Position numbers and translations under genes: made by a program. Positions 40,780 to 50,217 of a stretch of 64,000 nucleotides of DNA are shown here, one piece after another. Below the pieces are notes generated by a model that did no database searches, had not been told where the DNA came from, and saw only the letters and a program-made list of their open reading frames with translations. Position 1 is the first letter of the stretch, and each line of letters starts with the position of its first letter. This stretch comes from an uncultured Planctomycetia bacterium (GTDB lineage: Bacteria; Planctomycetota; Planctomycetia; CAXEIY01). Where the stretch lies: assembly GCA_963996245.1 (NCBI GenBank), contig CAXEIY010000213.1:1371-65370 (forward strand). The letters are read 5' to 3'.

Positions 40780-41581
40780 TCACATTGGCAGCACCGCCAT
40801 CAACCGGGATGGTGTGGCCATTGATGTAACTCGCCGCATCACTTGCCAGAAAGCAGACGGATCCAGCCACATCTTCGGGTTCTCCCCATCGTTGTGCAGG
40901 CACGCGCCTCATTACCTGTGCCGAGCCGTCGGCATTGGATTGTAACGCTTCGGTCATGGGGGTGCGAATCCAGCCTGGAGCTATAGCATTCACACGAATG
41001 CCGTGTCTGCCCCATTCTGCAGCAAGATCTCGGGTAAGAGCAATGATTCCACCTTTGGTCACTCCATACACCGAACCGCCCCGTCCCAGCCCAACCAGCC
41101 CACCTCCCAAAGCAGAAATATTGATGATGCTGCCAGATTGTTGTTGCAGCATTTCTTTTCCAACTGTGCTCGCCATAAAAAGGCAGCCTTTTAAATTCAC
41201 ATCAAAAACCGCCTCTACATCTTCTTCCAACATCAACAACGGATCAACACGCCGATGAATTCCGGCGTTGTTGACCAGGATATCAATACGTCCATACTGA
41301 CAGACGATGTGATCCACACACTCCTTGACCTGCTCTTTTTGACGAACATCGCAAACATACGAACCCAATTGACTGCCCGTTGCGTCGGTAATATCGGCAA
41401 CCGAACGTTTGATTTGATCTTTCTGAATATCACAGATAATCGTGGTCGCCCCATGGGCATTCAAGGCTGCTGCACTTGCTTTGCCCAAGCCACTTGCCCC
41501 ACCTGTAACCAATGCAACCTTATCCGTAAGATCAAAGAGCTGCTTCACGAAAAACTCCTTCTCATAGGTTCCCGAAAACAC
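40766..41581 (-). CDS. SDR family oxidoreductase
   Basis: 'KVALVTGGASGLGKA' (TGxxxGxG) and 'NNAG' are present, with the YxxxK catalytic pair 'YGVTKGG'. Confidence 0.85.
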   Translation of the reverse strand: MFSGTYEKEFFVKQLFDLTDKVALVTGGASGLGKASAAALNAHGATTIICDIQKDQIKRSVADITDATGSQLGSYVCDVRQKEQVKECVDHIVCQYGRIDILVNNAGIHRRVDPLLMLEEDVEAVFDVNLKGCLFMASTVGKEMLQQQSGSIINISALGGGLVGLGRGGSVYGVTKGGIIALTRDLAAEWGRHGIRVNAIAPGWIRTPMTEALQSNADGSAQVMRRVPAQRWGEPEDVAGSVCFLASDAASYINGHTIPVDGGAANVIAFS

Positions 41582-41599
41582 ACTAGACTCAAAATCAGA

Positions 41600-42085
41600 T
41601 TATTTCGGTTGAAACATTTCCAGTACGTAACCATCTGGATCAAAAAAATAAACAACCAGGCCACCCTGGTTGGGACCAGCCGTTATGGGAACCGGGTTAG
41701 ACTTGAATTTCACGCCCCTTGATTGAAGATCACGATAAGCTGCACTCAGATCACTCACAACAATACATAGATGCGTATTTCCGGCGCAGTTGGTATCTGT
41801 ATTGCTGGGTTTACCGATATGGTTCAAATATTGGACAATTTCCAGAGACTGTTTGCTGTTTTGGTTCACTCGAAAAGAAGCAACACTTAACTGAACCCCT
41901 TCATAACCTGTCTGAGCGGCCACATAAGAAGCATCCACACAGGGCCTTCTTCCAATAAGTTCCATACCAAGAAGATCGCGATAAAACACAATGGACTGCT
42001 CAATATCGGCAACCGTCATTCCAAGATGGTGTATATCCTCGAGCTCCCAGCTATTTGATTCCTTCATAATCAATCCTTTTTTCAT
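41600..42085 (-). CDS. VOC family protein (glyoxalase/bleomycin resistance/dioxygenase fold)
   Basis: At 161 aa it has 'HHLGMTVADIEQSIVFYRDLLGMEL' and 'HLCIVVSDL...FFDPDGYVLE', a typical paired beta-alpha-beta-beta-beta VOC module. Confidence 0.7.
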   Translation of the reverse strand: MKKGLIMKESNSWELEDIHHLGMTVADIEQSIVFYRDLLGMELIGRRPCVDASYVAAQTGYEGVQLSVASFRVNQNSKQSLEIVQYLNHIGKPSNTDTNCAGNTHLCIVVSDLSAAYRDLQSRGVKFKSNPVPITAGPNQGGLVVYFFDPDGYVLEMFQPK

Positions 42086-42147
42086 ACCTGCTTAAATAGA
42101 TTCATCCGCAACCTTTTTTACTTGCCGGATCGAAGTGGCTCGCCAGA

Positions 42148-42969
42148 TCAGCCCTCTTGAAAAAGATCCAGCTCTGGATCATATTCAAATTCATTCATTC
42201 CCGAAATCGGTTGCGCGGCACAAGAGGCATAATGATATTGAATGGCACGACGACGCTTCTGTGTCTGATTAACAGGCGTGAAGTGCAGTAATTCACCATG
42301 AAATACAAGTCCATCTCCAGGCTGTAACGGTATGGAAATCATGTTTTCCGTATTCGGAGGTTCTACCGCACCATAAAGATCGCCCTGTCCTGAATGTTCA
42401 ACAATTCCCTGATGGTGAGAACGAGGCAGGACATGCATACAACCGTTTTCACTCGTTGCTTCATCGCACGCAATCCAAAAACCTACGACATCGGGTGGGT
42501 CCACACGGAAATAGGCATTGTCCTGATGCCACACTTTAACCGCACTGACCTCCGGAGGTTTCATTAAGGTCATACTCTGAAGAAGCAAAATCTCAGAACC
42601 CAGAAGGGCTTGTGCAATCTCAAGGAAACGAGGATGAAAAGCCAGTCTGCGAAAACAGTCGCTGTATTTGGCAACGTGAAAAAGCTTGCGTACACCAAGT
42701 TCACGGCTTGCAACCACTTTTTCTCCCGTGATCACAGACGGTTCCATTTGAATCAGATCATCGGGAACATCCGGATAGCGTCCAATAAGGCTTGTGATCT
42801 CTCTCAGTAAAGAGTCTATTTCTGAAGCCTTCAGCAGTTGGGGAACCGTGAAATAGCCTTCACTCCGATACTGTGAAATCTGTTGATCACTAACGCTGCA
42901 CATTTGGCATGACTCCCTATTATTGTTACTCCCCGATTTCAATCCAATTCTATTGAGTTTTGAAATCAT
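42148..42969 (-). CDS. Phytanoyl-CoA dioxygenase (PhyH) family protein
   Basis: 'QYRSEGYFTVPQLL' PhyH N-terminal block is present, with metal triad 'WHQDNAYF' and 'VFHGELLH'. Confidence 0.65.
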   Translation of the reverse strand: MISKLNRIGLKSGSNNNRESCQMCSVSDQQISQYRSEGYFTVPQLLKASEIDSLLREITSLIGRYPDVPDDLIQMEPSVITGEKVVASRELGVRKLFHVAKYSDCFRRLAFHPRFLEIAQALLGSEILLLQSMTLMKPPEVSAVKVWHQDNAYFRVDPPDVVGFWIACDEATSENGCMHVLPRSHHQGIVEHSGQGDLYGAVEPPNTENMISIPLQPGDGLVFHGELLHFTPVNQTQKRRRAIQYHYASCAAQPISGMNEFEYDPELDLFQEG

Positions 42970-43196
42970 CCCTTCGAAAAAAATGCATTTCCTAACCCAA
43001 AAATATTCTCAGCGATGGTCCAGCTTACAAAAGTTCCACGACCGATGTTGACCGTTCAATGTGCGTTCGCCTCTCACATTCCTGAAAAGAAGACCGTTCT
43101 CTTGTAACGTCTGACCAAGAAAACCCTCCACTCCATCGATTGATAGTCAATCGGCATATACATCGTTAAGATAAAAGTGTTTCATGTCGACTAGCA

Positions 43197-44918
43197 TTGC
43201 TCAACGAGGAACCGCGCGTGAGCCTACTAACTGAACTACTCAATCTGCAGGAACAACACGGCTGGTTGTCTAAGGACCGTCTTAGAACTCTTGCAAAACA
43301 AAGCAATGTGCCACTTCATCAACTCCAGAGTTTAGTCAGTTTTTACACGCATTTCCAAACCACCGCTCCAGCACCACTCGAATTGCACGTCTGCCGGGAT
43401 ATGACCTGCCATCTGCACGGTGCAACCCAACAAACGGAGCTTCTTAAGAAGCAAATTGTCGACACGACTCATACCGTCATCAAAGAAGTTTCCTGCCTCG
43501 GACGCTGTGATAACGCTCCTGTGGCTGATATTGACGGGTGTCCTTTTTCTATTACTGATCTCACCGCTTCAAATGCGAACACCACTGATTTAACTGCTTT
43601 TGTCCCACCACCACTTGGTCCATCACGAATGATTCCATGGGACGGAGATCGATTTCGGAGTGATCCATACCACTCAGAAAAGGAGCATTATCAAGCATTA
43701 ACCACCATGCTCGACCAAACTAAAGGCGCAGAACAGGCCATCCAAACACTCAAACAAAGCGGTCTGAAGGGAATGGGTGGTGCTGGATTTCCAACTGGAG
43801 TCAAATGGGAACTGGTACGAAACCAGCCAGGTCATCCGAAATACGTGGTGGTTAATGCCGACGAAAGCGAGCCTGGAACGTTTAAGGACCGGGCGCTGCT
43901 TGAGTACTTTCCACACCTGGTTATTGAGGGGATGCTGATAGCCGCACACTGCGTTGGCTCACAGCAGGCGATCATTTTCATTAGGCATGAATATAGACAT
44001 GAAAAAGAAAAAATCCTTACAGCGATCAGAAAAGCCGAGGACCGTGGTTTGCTCACACTGGTTCCTTTGAAACAGCTTCTCGATAATCAGAATCCGGACC
44101 AGAGCTCTACTCTCGAAGACAACAGAGATGAAAATCTTATTGAGGTTTCCCTGTTTGTGTCACCTGGTGGTTATATTCTCGGTGAAGAAACGGCACTTCT
44201 CGAAGCCTTGGAGGATAAACGTGGAGAACCACGTAATAAACCTCCTTTTCCAGGAACAGCAGGACTGAGAAACCAACCTACTTTGATCAATAATGTCGAA
44301 ACCTTGGCCATGGTGCCAGTCATAATGCAACAGGGAGGAGATTGGTGGAAATCTCAAGGGCTTTCTTCGTTCGAAGGTCTAAAGTTCATTTCGGTTTCAG
44401 GACACATAACCTATCCCGGAACTTACGAAGTTCCTGTAGGTCTTCCTGTTTCAGAATTGATTGAACGAGCCGGAGGTGTTGACTCAGGAAGGCGCTTAAA
44501 AGCGTTTGCTCCAGGTGGTGCGTCTTCCATGTTTCTGCCAGCCGAAAAAGTGGATACTCCCATCGATTTCAAGGCCTTACAGGATGCTGGAAGCATGCTC
44601 GGGTCCGGTGCACTGTTTGTCGTGGCCGAAGGAACCAATATGCTTGATATCGCAGTCAATGTAGTTCGTTTCTTCCGGAACGAAAGCTGTGGAAAATGTG
44701 TACCATGCCGAATAGGAACACAAAAAACCGTCGCCTTGCTGGATCATGTTCGTTTGGGTACCCAGCCTTGTGAACGCCTTCAAGTATTACCGGAACTGGC
44801 AGAAACACTACTACAGACTTCGATTTGTGGTCTGGGACAGGTTGCCCTAAATCCCATCCTCTCTGTATTAGAATATTTTCAAACAGACCTTCCGTCGGAT
44901 ACGAATATCGACACCTGA
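43197..44918 (+). CDS. NADH-dehydrogenase 51-kDa-subunit-like protein (NuoF-like) with fused N-terminal NuoE-like thioredoxin-fold domain (FdsB/HoxF-like)
   Basis: The NuoF NAD/FMN site 'GMGGAGFPTGVKW' and 4Fe-4S ligand block 'ESCGKCVPCRIG' are present. The N-terminal ~150 aa carry NuoE-like 2Fe-2S Cys positions ('CRDMTC', 'VSCLGRC'). Confidence 0.75.
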   Translation: MLNEEPRVSLLTELLNLQEQHGWLSKDRLRTLAKQSNVPLHQLQSLVSFYTHFQTTAPAPLELHVCRDMTCHLHGATQQTELLKKQIVDTTHTVIKEVSCLGRCDNAPVADIDGCPFSITDLTASNANTTDLTAFVPPPLGPSRMIPWDGDRFRSDPYHSEKEHYQALTTMLDQTKGAEQAIQTLKQSGLKGMGGAGFPTGVKWELVRNQPGHPKYVVVNADESEPGTFKDRALLEYFPHLVIEGMLIAAHCVGSQQAIIFIRHEYRHEKEKILTAIRKAEDRGLLTLVPLKQLLDNQNPDQSSTLEDNRDENLIEVSLFVSPGGYILGEETALLEALEDKRGEPRNKPPFPGTAGLRNQPTLINNVETLAMVPVIMQQGGDWWKSQGLSSFEGLKFISVSGHITYPGTYEVPVGLPVSELIERAGGVDSGRRLKAFAPGGASSMFLPAEKVDTPIDFKALQDAGSMLGSGALFVVAEGTNMLDIAVNVVRFFRNESCGKCVPCRIGTQKTVALLDHVRLGTQPCERLQVLPELAETLLQTSICGLGQVALNPILSVLEYFQTDLPSDTNIDT

Positions 44919-44959
44919 ACACCAGCTCTTTGTACCAACAACCCTGATGAGGAACGGGT

Positions 44960-46297
44960 ATGACCTCTTCGGAACAAAATTCAGATGGTTCACCCTCAAT
45001 CGGGATTTCCAAGGCGGATGTTCGCATGCGCGGTTTTCGCGATCGCAGTGAAGTTTCCGACGTAATAAAACTTATAGAAAAGCGAATCCATAAATTAGAC
45101 CAGGAATGGATACCTCTTGATGATACATCGAACCGAATTCTTTCACAGGATGTGACGGCCACGGTAGATGTGCCGGGTTTCGACCGATCCGCTATGGATG
45201 GTTATGCGGTACACGGGGAAGAAACCTTCGGTGCATCGAGTCTGGCTCCCTGCTGTCTGGAAGTCATCGGATCTTCCATGCCGGGACAACCTTTTACCGG
45301 AATTGTTCATTCCGGACAGGCCGTTAGAATCATGACCGGCTCTCCGATTCCCAATGGCGCCGATGCCGTAATCATGGCAGAACACACGCAGCTTCTACCC
45401 GATAACCGTATCGAGGTAACTGATGCTGTAGCACCTGGTCGGCATATTGGTGTCCGGGGGGAAGACATCGCTATTAACGACCAGGTCCTTTATTCAGGGC
45501 GGCGGCTTCGTCCGCAGGATCTGGGTCTCTTGTCTTCCATTGGCATTGGCATGGTTCCTGTATTCAGAAAGGCGCGTGTGGCAATCATCATCACAGGCGA
45601 TGAATTGTTGCCCGCCGGGCATACCCCTTCTGGCTTTCAAATCGCAGACTCCAATTCCGTCATGCTGAACGCACTGGTTCGACGCGATGGAGGATTACCC
45701 ACTATCCTGGGCCCGATTTCTGACCAACGTGAGAAGGTCCGCGAAGCGATTAACCAGCCTGATTTTGATTGTGTACTTGTTTCAGGAGGTTCTTCTGTAG
45801 GAGCGGAAGATCACGCACCCACACTCGTCGCTGAACTTGGCGAATTAACCGTTCACGGCATTGCCATGCGACCATCCAGTCCGGCAGGATTGGGTTTCGT
45901 ACCCTTTCGTTCTACAGAAAGCCAAATCTCTAACCTGGCTACTTCCAACTCACAGACTCCATGTGAGAAGCCGGTTTTCCTCTTACCTGGCAATCCCGTT
46001 TCCTGCCTTTGCGCCTATGACTTTTTTGCCGGTAAAGCTATTCGAATCATGAGTGGCGGAAGTATCAACTGGCCTTACCGATCTCAGATATTGCCACTCG
46101 CACGTAAAATCACTTCCGCTGTTGGCCGTGTTGACTACACTCGTATTCAAATTGAACAAGGCCTGGCAACTCCACTTGCGACCAGTGGTGCTTCTATTCT
46201 ATCGTCCACCACGCGCGCCGACGGTTTTGTTATTATTGGGCAGGACAGTGAAGGAGAACCAGAAGGAAACAGCATTCCTATTTACCTTTACGACTGA
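44960..46297 (+). CDS. moeA: Molybdopterin molybdotransferase
   Basis: 'PGFDRSAMDGYAV' is the MoeA N-domain motif. The MogA/MoaB-like domain 'ARVAIIITGDEL' and 'VLVSGGSSVG' follow. Confidence 0.8.
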   Translation: MTSSEQNSDGSPSIGISKADVRMRGFRDRSEVSDVIKLIEKRIHKLDQEWIPLDDTSNRILSQDVTATVDVPGFDRSAMDGYAVHGEETFGASSLAPCCLEVIGSSMPGQPFTGIVHSGQAVRIMTGSPIPNGADAVIMAEHTQLLPDNRIEVTDAVAPGRHIGVRGEDIAINDQVLYSGRRLRPQDLGLLSSIGIGMVPVFRKARVAIIITGDELLPAGHTPSGFQIADSNSVMLNALVRRDGGLPTILGPISDQREKVREAINQPDFDCVLVSGGSSVGAEDHAPTLVAELGELTVHGIAMRPSSPAGLGFVPFRSTESQISNLATSNSQTPCEKPVFLLPGNPVSCLCAYDFFAGKAIRIMSGGSINWPYRSQILPLARKITSAVGRVDYTRIQIEQGLATPLATSGASILSSTTRADGFVIIGQDSEGEPEGNSIPIYLYD

Positions 46298-46358
46298 CAC
46301 GCTCGGATCTGCCTTGTTGGCCGCCGAGCGTAATTCTACAAAAGAGTGACCACATCTC

Positions 46359-48362
46359 ATGCCACGTCAGGATCAATTCCTAGAAGTCATTGACCGGGAT
46401 GAAGCCGAGCGTCGCTTTCATGCCCAAGTCAACCTTGAACCAATTGGAACAGAGCCCGTATCTCTTCATAAGAGCCTCGGAAGACTGCTTGCCGTAAATA
46501 TTCATTCACAAAGTGATGTTCCCAGTTTTGATCGGTCCAATGTGGATGGGTATGCTACCCGAGCATCGGATACCTATGGTTGTTCTGAAGAAAAACCTGC
46601 TTCACTGATACTGGATAAAGAGGTCATTACGCCCGGTATTATCCCGAACAGCGAATTGCGTGAGGGACACACGATTACCATCGCAACTGGTGCCATGATT
46701 CCACGGGGGGCTGATTCCGTGGTGATGATTGAACACAGCTACCTGTCAGATAAGCAAGTCGCTGTAATACGTCCGGTAACGCCTGGGGCACATATCTCTT
46801 TCGCTGGCACAGACATCGCTTTGGGCGAGGTCGTTCTTCGCAAAGGAATTCGACTGACTTCACGGGAAACCGGTGTACTGGCTGCGCTGGGAATTACAGA
46901 AGTCTGCGTTTACAAACAACCTCGAGTCGGTATTATTTCGACCGGAAACGAGATCATTGCTCCGGGCGAATCAATGAAACCGGGGCTGATTTTCGATTCC
47001 AATGCAAGGATTCTGACGGACGCCGTCTCTGAACTATCCTGCCATCCAATCCCCTTTGGAATTTACAGGGACGACAAGAAACAAATTGATGGTGCGCTTC
47101 AACGGGCGTTAAAGGAATGTGATTTCGTCGTGATGTCCGGTGGAACCTCCAAAGGCGCTGGGGATTTGAATTACCAGGTCGTTGAAAAACTAAAACCCGG
47201 TATTGTAGTTCACGGTGTTGCCTTGAAGCCCGGTAAACCTATCTGTATGGCCGTTTCAGAAATGTTTTCCGACGACAAAACAAACCCCGATGCCGTACGT
47301 AAAATTCCAGTTGTGATTCTTCCTGGATTCCCAACTTCTGCAATCTTCACTTTTCATGAATTTGTCGCTCCGATTCTGCATGCTTTCGCCGGGCATCCGC
47401 AAACATCACGCCATCGCAACCACACACAGTTAATTAACGCATCCTTACCGATGCGCATCCATTCTGAGCGAGGTCGTACTGAATATCTTCTCGTCAATTT
47501 GGTTGAACAGATTGCAAGTGACAAAGGAACCCAGGCATCGGAAACCAACGAAATCCAATGGACTGCCTTTCCCATGGGAAAGGGATCCGGATCTGTAACC
47601 AGTTTTAGTCGAGCTGACGGATTTATTAAAATTGAACGCAACCAGGAATTGCTCGATAGCGGACAAAGCGTGGATGTGTGCCTTCTGGGAGATTCCCTGG
47701 AACCTGCGGATCTCGTTGCCATTGGTAGTCATTGCCAAGGGCTCGACCTCATTCTGAATCATTTTCATGAACAAGGCGGCATCAGTAAATACCTCACACT
47801 CGGATCGCATGGAGGGCTTCGCGCTGTAAAAAACGGGGAATGTGACATTGCTGGCATCCATCTTCTGGACCCCGTCACAAATGTTTATAACATCCCCTTC
47901 CTCAACTCCGAACTAGATCTCATTCCCGGATACAAGAGACAGCAGGGCGTTGTATTTCGTGCAGGTGATGCACGCTTTGAAAATCGAACTCTGGAAGAAA
48001 TTCTCGATCGCACCACATCGGACCCTCACTGCCAGATGGTCAATCGCAATCTTGGAAGTGGAACGCGCATCCTGATTGATCAAATGTTAGCTGATAAACG
48101 TCCCCCTGGTTATGCCATGCAACCCCACAATCACCAAGCCGTGGTTGCAGCGGTACAACAAGAACGCGCTGATTGGGGAATTGCCACCAAAACCGCAATA
48201 CAGGATGAACTTCTTGGATTCCTGCCCATTGTCGATGAAATTTTCGATTTTGTTGTTCTGAAATCGCGACGAGAGAGAGATTCTGTAAAACGCTTCTGTA
48301 ACTTGTTATTTGATAATAAGATACGCGAAGAGCTTTCACATCTTGGCTTAACCGCCTATTAA
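46359..48362 (+). CDS. MoeA-like molybdotransferase fused to a C-terminal periplasmic-binding-protein-like (putative molybdate/tungstate-binding) domain
   Basis: The N-terminal ~410 aa carry MoeA motifs ('PSFDRSNVDGYA', 'PRVGIISTGNEI', 'VVMSGGTSKG'). The C-terminal ~250 aa resemble the PBP type-2 fold ('LVAIGSHCQGLDLI...GECDIAGIHL'). Confidence 0.65.
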   Translation: MPRQDQFLEVIDRDEAERRFHAQVNLEPIGTEPVSLHKSLGRLLAVNIHSQSDVPSFDRSNVDGYATRASDTYGCSEEKPASLILDKEVITPGIIPNSELREGHTITIATGAMIPRGADSVVMIEHSYLSDKQVAVIRPVTPGAHISFAGTDIALGEVVLRKGIRLTSRETGVLAALGITEVCVYKQPRVGIISTGNEIIAPGESMKPGLIFDSNARILTDAVSELSCHPIPFGIYRDDKKQIDGALQRALKECDFVVMSGGTSKGAGDLNYQVVEKLKPGIVVHGVALKPGKPICMAVSEMFSDDKTNPDAVRKIPVVILPGFPTSAIFTFHEFVAPILHAFAGHPQTSRHRNHTQLINASLPMRIHSERGRTEYLLVNLVEQIASDKGTQASETNEIQWTAFPMGKGSGSVTSFSRADGFIKIERNQELLDSGQSVDVCLLGDSLEPADLVAIGSHCQGLDLILNHFHEQGGISKYLTLGSHGGLRAVKNGECDIAGIHLLDPVTNVYNIPFLNSELDLIPGYKRQQGVVFRAGDARFENRTLEEILDRTTSDPHCQMVNRNLGSGTRILIDQMLADKRPPGYAMQPHNHQAVVAAVQQERADWGIATKTAIQDELLGFLPIVDEIFDFVVLKSRRERDSVKRFCNLLFDNKIREELSHLGLTAY

Positions 48363-48372
48363 CGGAAAATAG

Positions 48373-48996
48373 ATGAATACGTTCCTCGCTGGCGGAATTG
48401 TTTTATGTGGTGGAAAAAGCAGTCGAATGGGTCGTCCGAAAGCCTGGCTTCCCTTTGGGCCAGAGGTACTGTTACAACGTATCGTGCGCATTCTCGACTC
48501 GGTTGTAGGACCACTGGTGGTCGTAGCTGCTCCAGATCAGGAGCTGCCTGACCTACCTGAACATGTACTTGTAACCCGCGATGAACTTCCTGGACGCGGC
48601 CCACTGGAAGGCTTGTCTGCTGGGTTACATGCACTGCCAGAAAGTACCACTGTCGCCTATCTGTCAGCCTGTGATGTCCCCTTTCTGAACAACCCATTCA
48701 TCAATAAACTAATATCCGATTTGGGGGATGCCGATATTGCGGTTCCATTTGCCGACGGTCATTACCATCCACTTGCCGCAGTCTACCGGACATCCATCAT
48801 TACGCAGGTCGACTGTTTACTGAACCAGGACCGCTTGAGGCCTTTCTTCCTATTCGACAAGGTCAATACTGTCCGCATCAGCGAAACACAATTGCGCAAA
48901 GTTGATCCAGAACTTGACTGTCTTCAGAATCTCAATCAGCTTTCCGATTATCACCTCGCGCTTGAGAAATTTCGCTCGCTCGCTGAGCCCGGTTGA
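48373..48996 (+). CDS. mobA: Molybdenum cofactor guanylyltransferase
   Basis: 'AGGIVLCGGKSSRMGRPKAWLPF' is the MobA nucleotide-binding signature. It sits 10 bp after the moeA-like gene. Confidence 0.8.
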   Translation: MNTFLAGGIVLCGGKSSRMGRPKAWLPFGPEVLLQRIVRILDSVVGPLVVVAAPDQELPDLPEHVLVTRDELPGRGPLEGLSAGLHALPESTTVAYLSACDVPFLNNPFINKLISDLGDADIAVPFADGHYHPLAAVYRTSIITQVDCLLNQDRLRPFFLFDKVNTVRISETQLRKVDPELDCLQNLNQLSDYHLALEKFRSLAEPG

Positions 48997-49150
48997 AATA
49001 CACAGAAACAGACGTGACTCTGTGGCCGTTGCAAATCATAATCGTCGATGTCGATTGTTATTTTGCGGAATCGATTGCCTAGACACACTAACGTTTTCTG
49101 GCATCGCTTCTCTCACATTCCCAATCCCCAGAAACGCTCACTGAGAACAG

Positions 49151-50065
49151 ATGTCTCACAAAGATCCATTGATTATTGTCGCGCCAAGCCCCACACCGTT
49201 TAAACAGGATCAGGTCGATTTTTCCGCTATTGAACACAATGTGGAACGGTGGATGACCACGGATCTTGATGGATTTGTTCTCGGTACAGAGAACGGAGAA
49301 GAAACGTATCTCAGTGAAAAGGAGCGATTAGATATCGTTCGTCACGTCTGCGCGATGACGGACCGTCGAAAATGGGTAATTGCCGGCATTGACAGTCCAT
49401 CGGTGACCGATACGTTACGTCAAAGCGAACAGCTCGCTGAAGCTGGTACGGACATGATTCGTTTGCGAATCCCTCGTCGCGAGGAAGAAATCTTTCGCTA
49501 CTTCGAACAGGTAGTACCTCGAATACCCGTACCCGTTATCGTCATTCATCAACCGAAGCCAGGATTTTTCGATACTGGACTTGGATCGACCGGTGCTGAA
49601 CCGGAAACCATCATTGAGGCCGTTAGCAGAGAAAATGTCTATGGATACATATGCAGTGGTAATGTACGTGTCGAGGCACGGGTCCGACTGCATTTTCCCG
49701 AAAATAAATCTTTTTGGGCCAGTAATGGATCCCTCCTGCTATCCACATCAACCCTGACAGTAGACGGTGCCTGCTTGATGTTGGGTAATATCCTTCCAGA
49801 AACTTGCAAGCGGCTGCTTCGGGCAATGCAACAGGACGACTTACGGCAAGCCCGCGAGATCCATCAACGCATTATCGAAGCCGACTGGGAAGTGTTGAAA
49901 CATGGTGCCGCCGGCATAAAAGCCGCTCTCAACCTGCTGGGGTTTCAAATGGGCCCACCACGCGATCCTAGCCTGCCGATAACCAAAGATAAAATCGATG
50001 TTCTGGAACACGTACTAAAACAGGCAGGTGCTTTCAGCGAATTCGAACCATCACATTCCACCTGA
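49151..50065 (+). CDS. Dihydrodipicolinate synthase / N-acetylneuraminate lyase family protein (divergent)
   Basis: At 304 aa it has a TIM-barrel class I aldolase-like N-terminus 'PLIIVAPSPTPFKQDQ.VDF.AIEHNVERWM..DLDGFVLGTENGE'. Assignment to the DapA family is tentative. Confidence 0.45.
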   Translation: MSHKDPLIIVAPSPTPFKQDQVDFSAIEHNVERWMTTDLDGFVLGTENGEETYLSEKERLDIVRHVCAMTDRRKWVIAGIDSPSVTDTLRQSEQLAEAGTDMIRLRIPRREEEIFRYFEQVVPRIPVPVIVIHQPKPGFFDTGLGSTGAEPETIIEAVSRENVYGYICSGNVRVEARVRLHFPENKSFWASNGSLLLSTSTLTVDGACLMLGNILPETCKRLLRAMQQDDLRQAREIHQRIIEADWEVLKHGAAGIKAALNLLGFQMGPPRDPSLPITKDKIDVLEHVLKQAGAFSEFEPSHST

Positions 50066-50217
50066 ACGTCCCTATTTGATTGCCTTCATAAAGTCCGGTA
50101 TTGCATCATAAGATTCCCATACCAAAAGACCTTTGAACATAAGTTGCAATGGGCCGTGTCACATCTCCCAGGCTGGGCTGTCATCGAAACCGGTGCCCAT
50201 AACATGCGCCAGATTGG

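Noticed and set aside
44656-45162. 168-aa minus-strand ORF spanning the NuoF-like/moeA junction
   Set aside because: It overlaps two well-supported plus-strand genes and has no motif.
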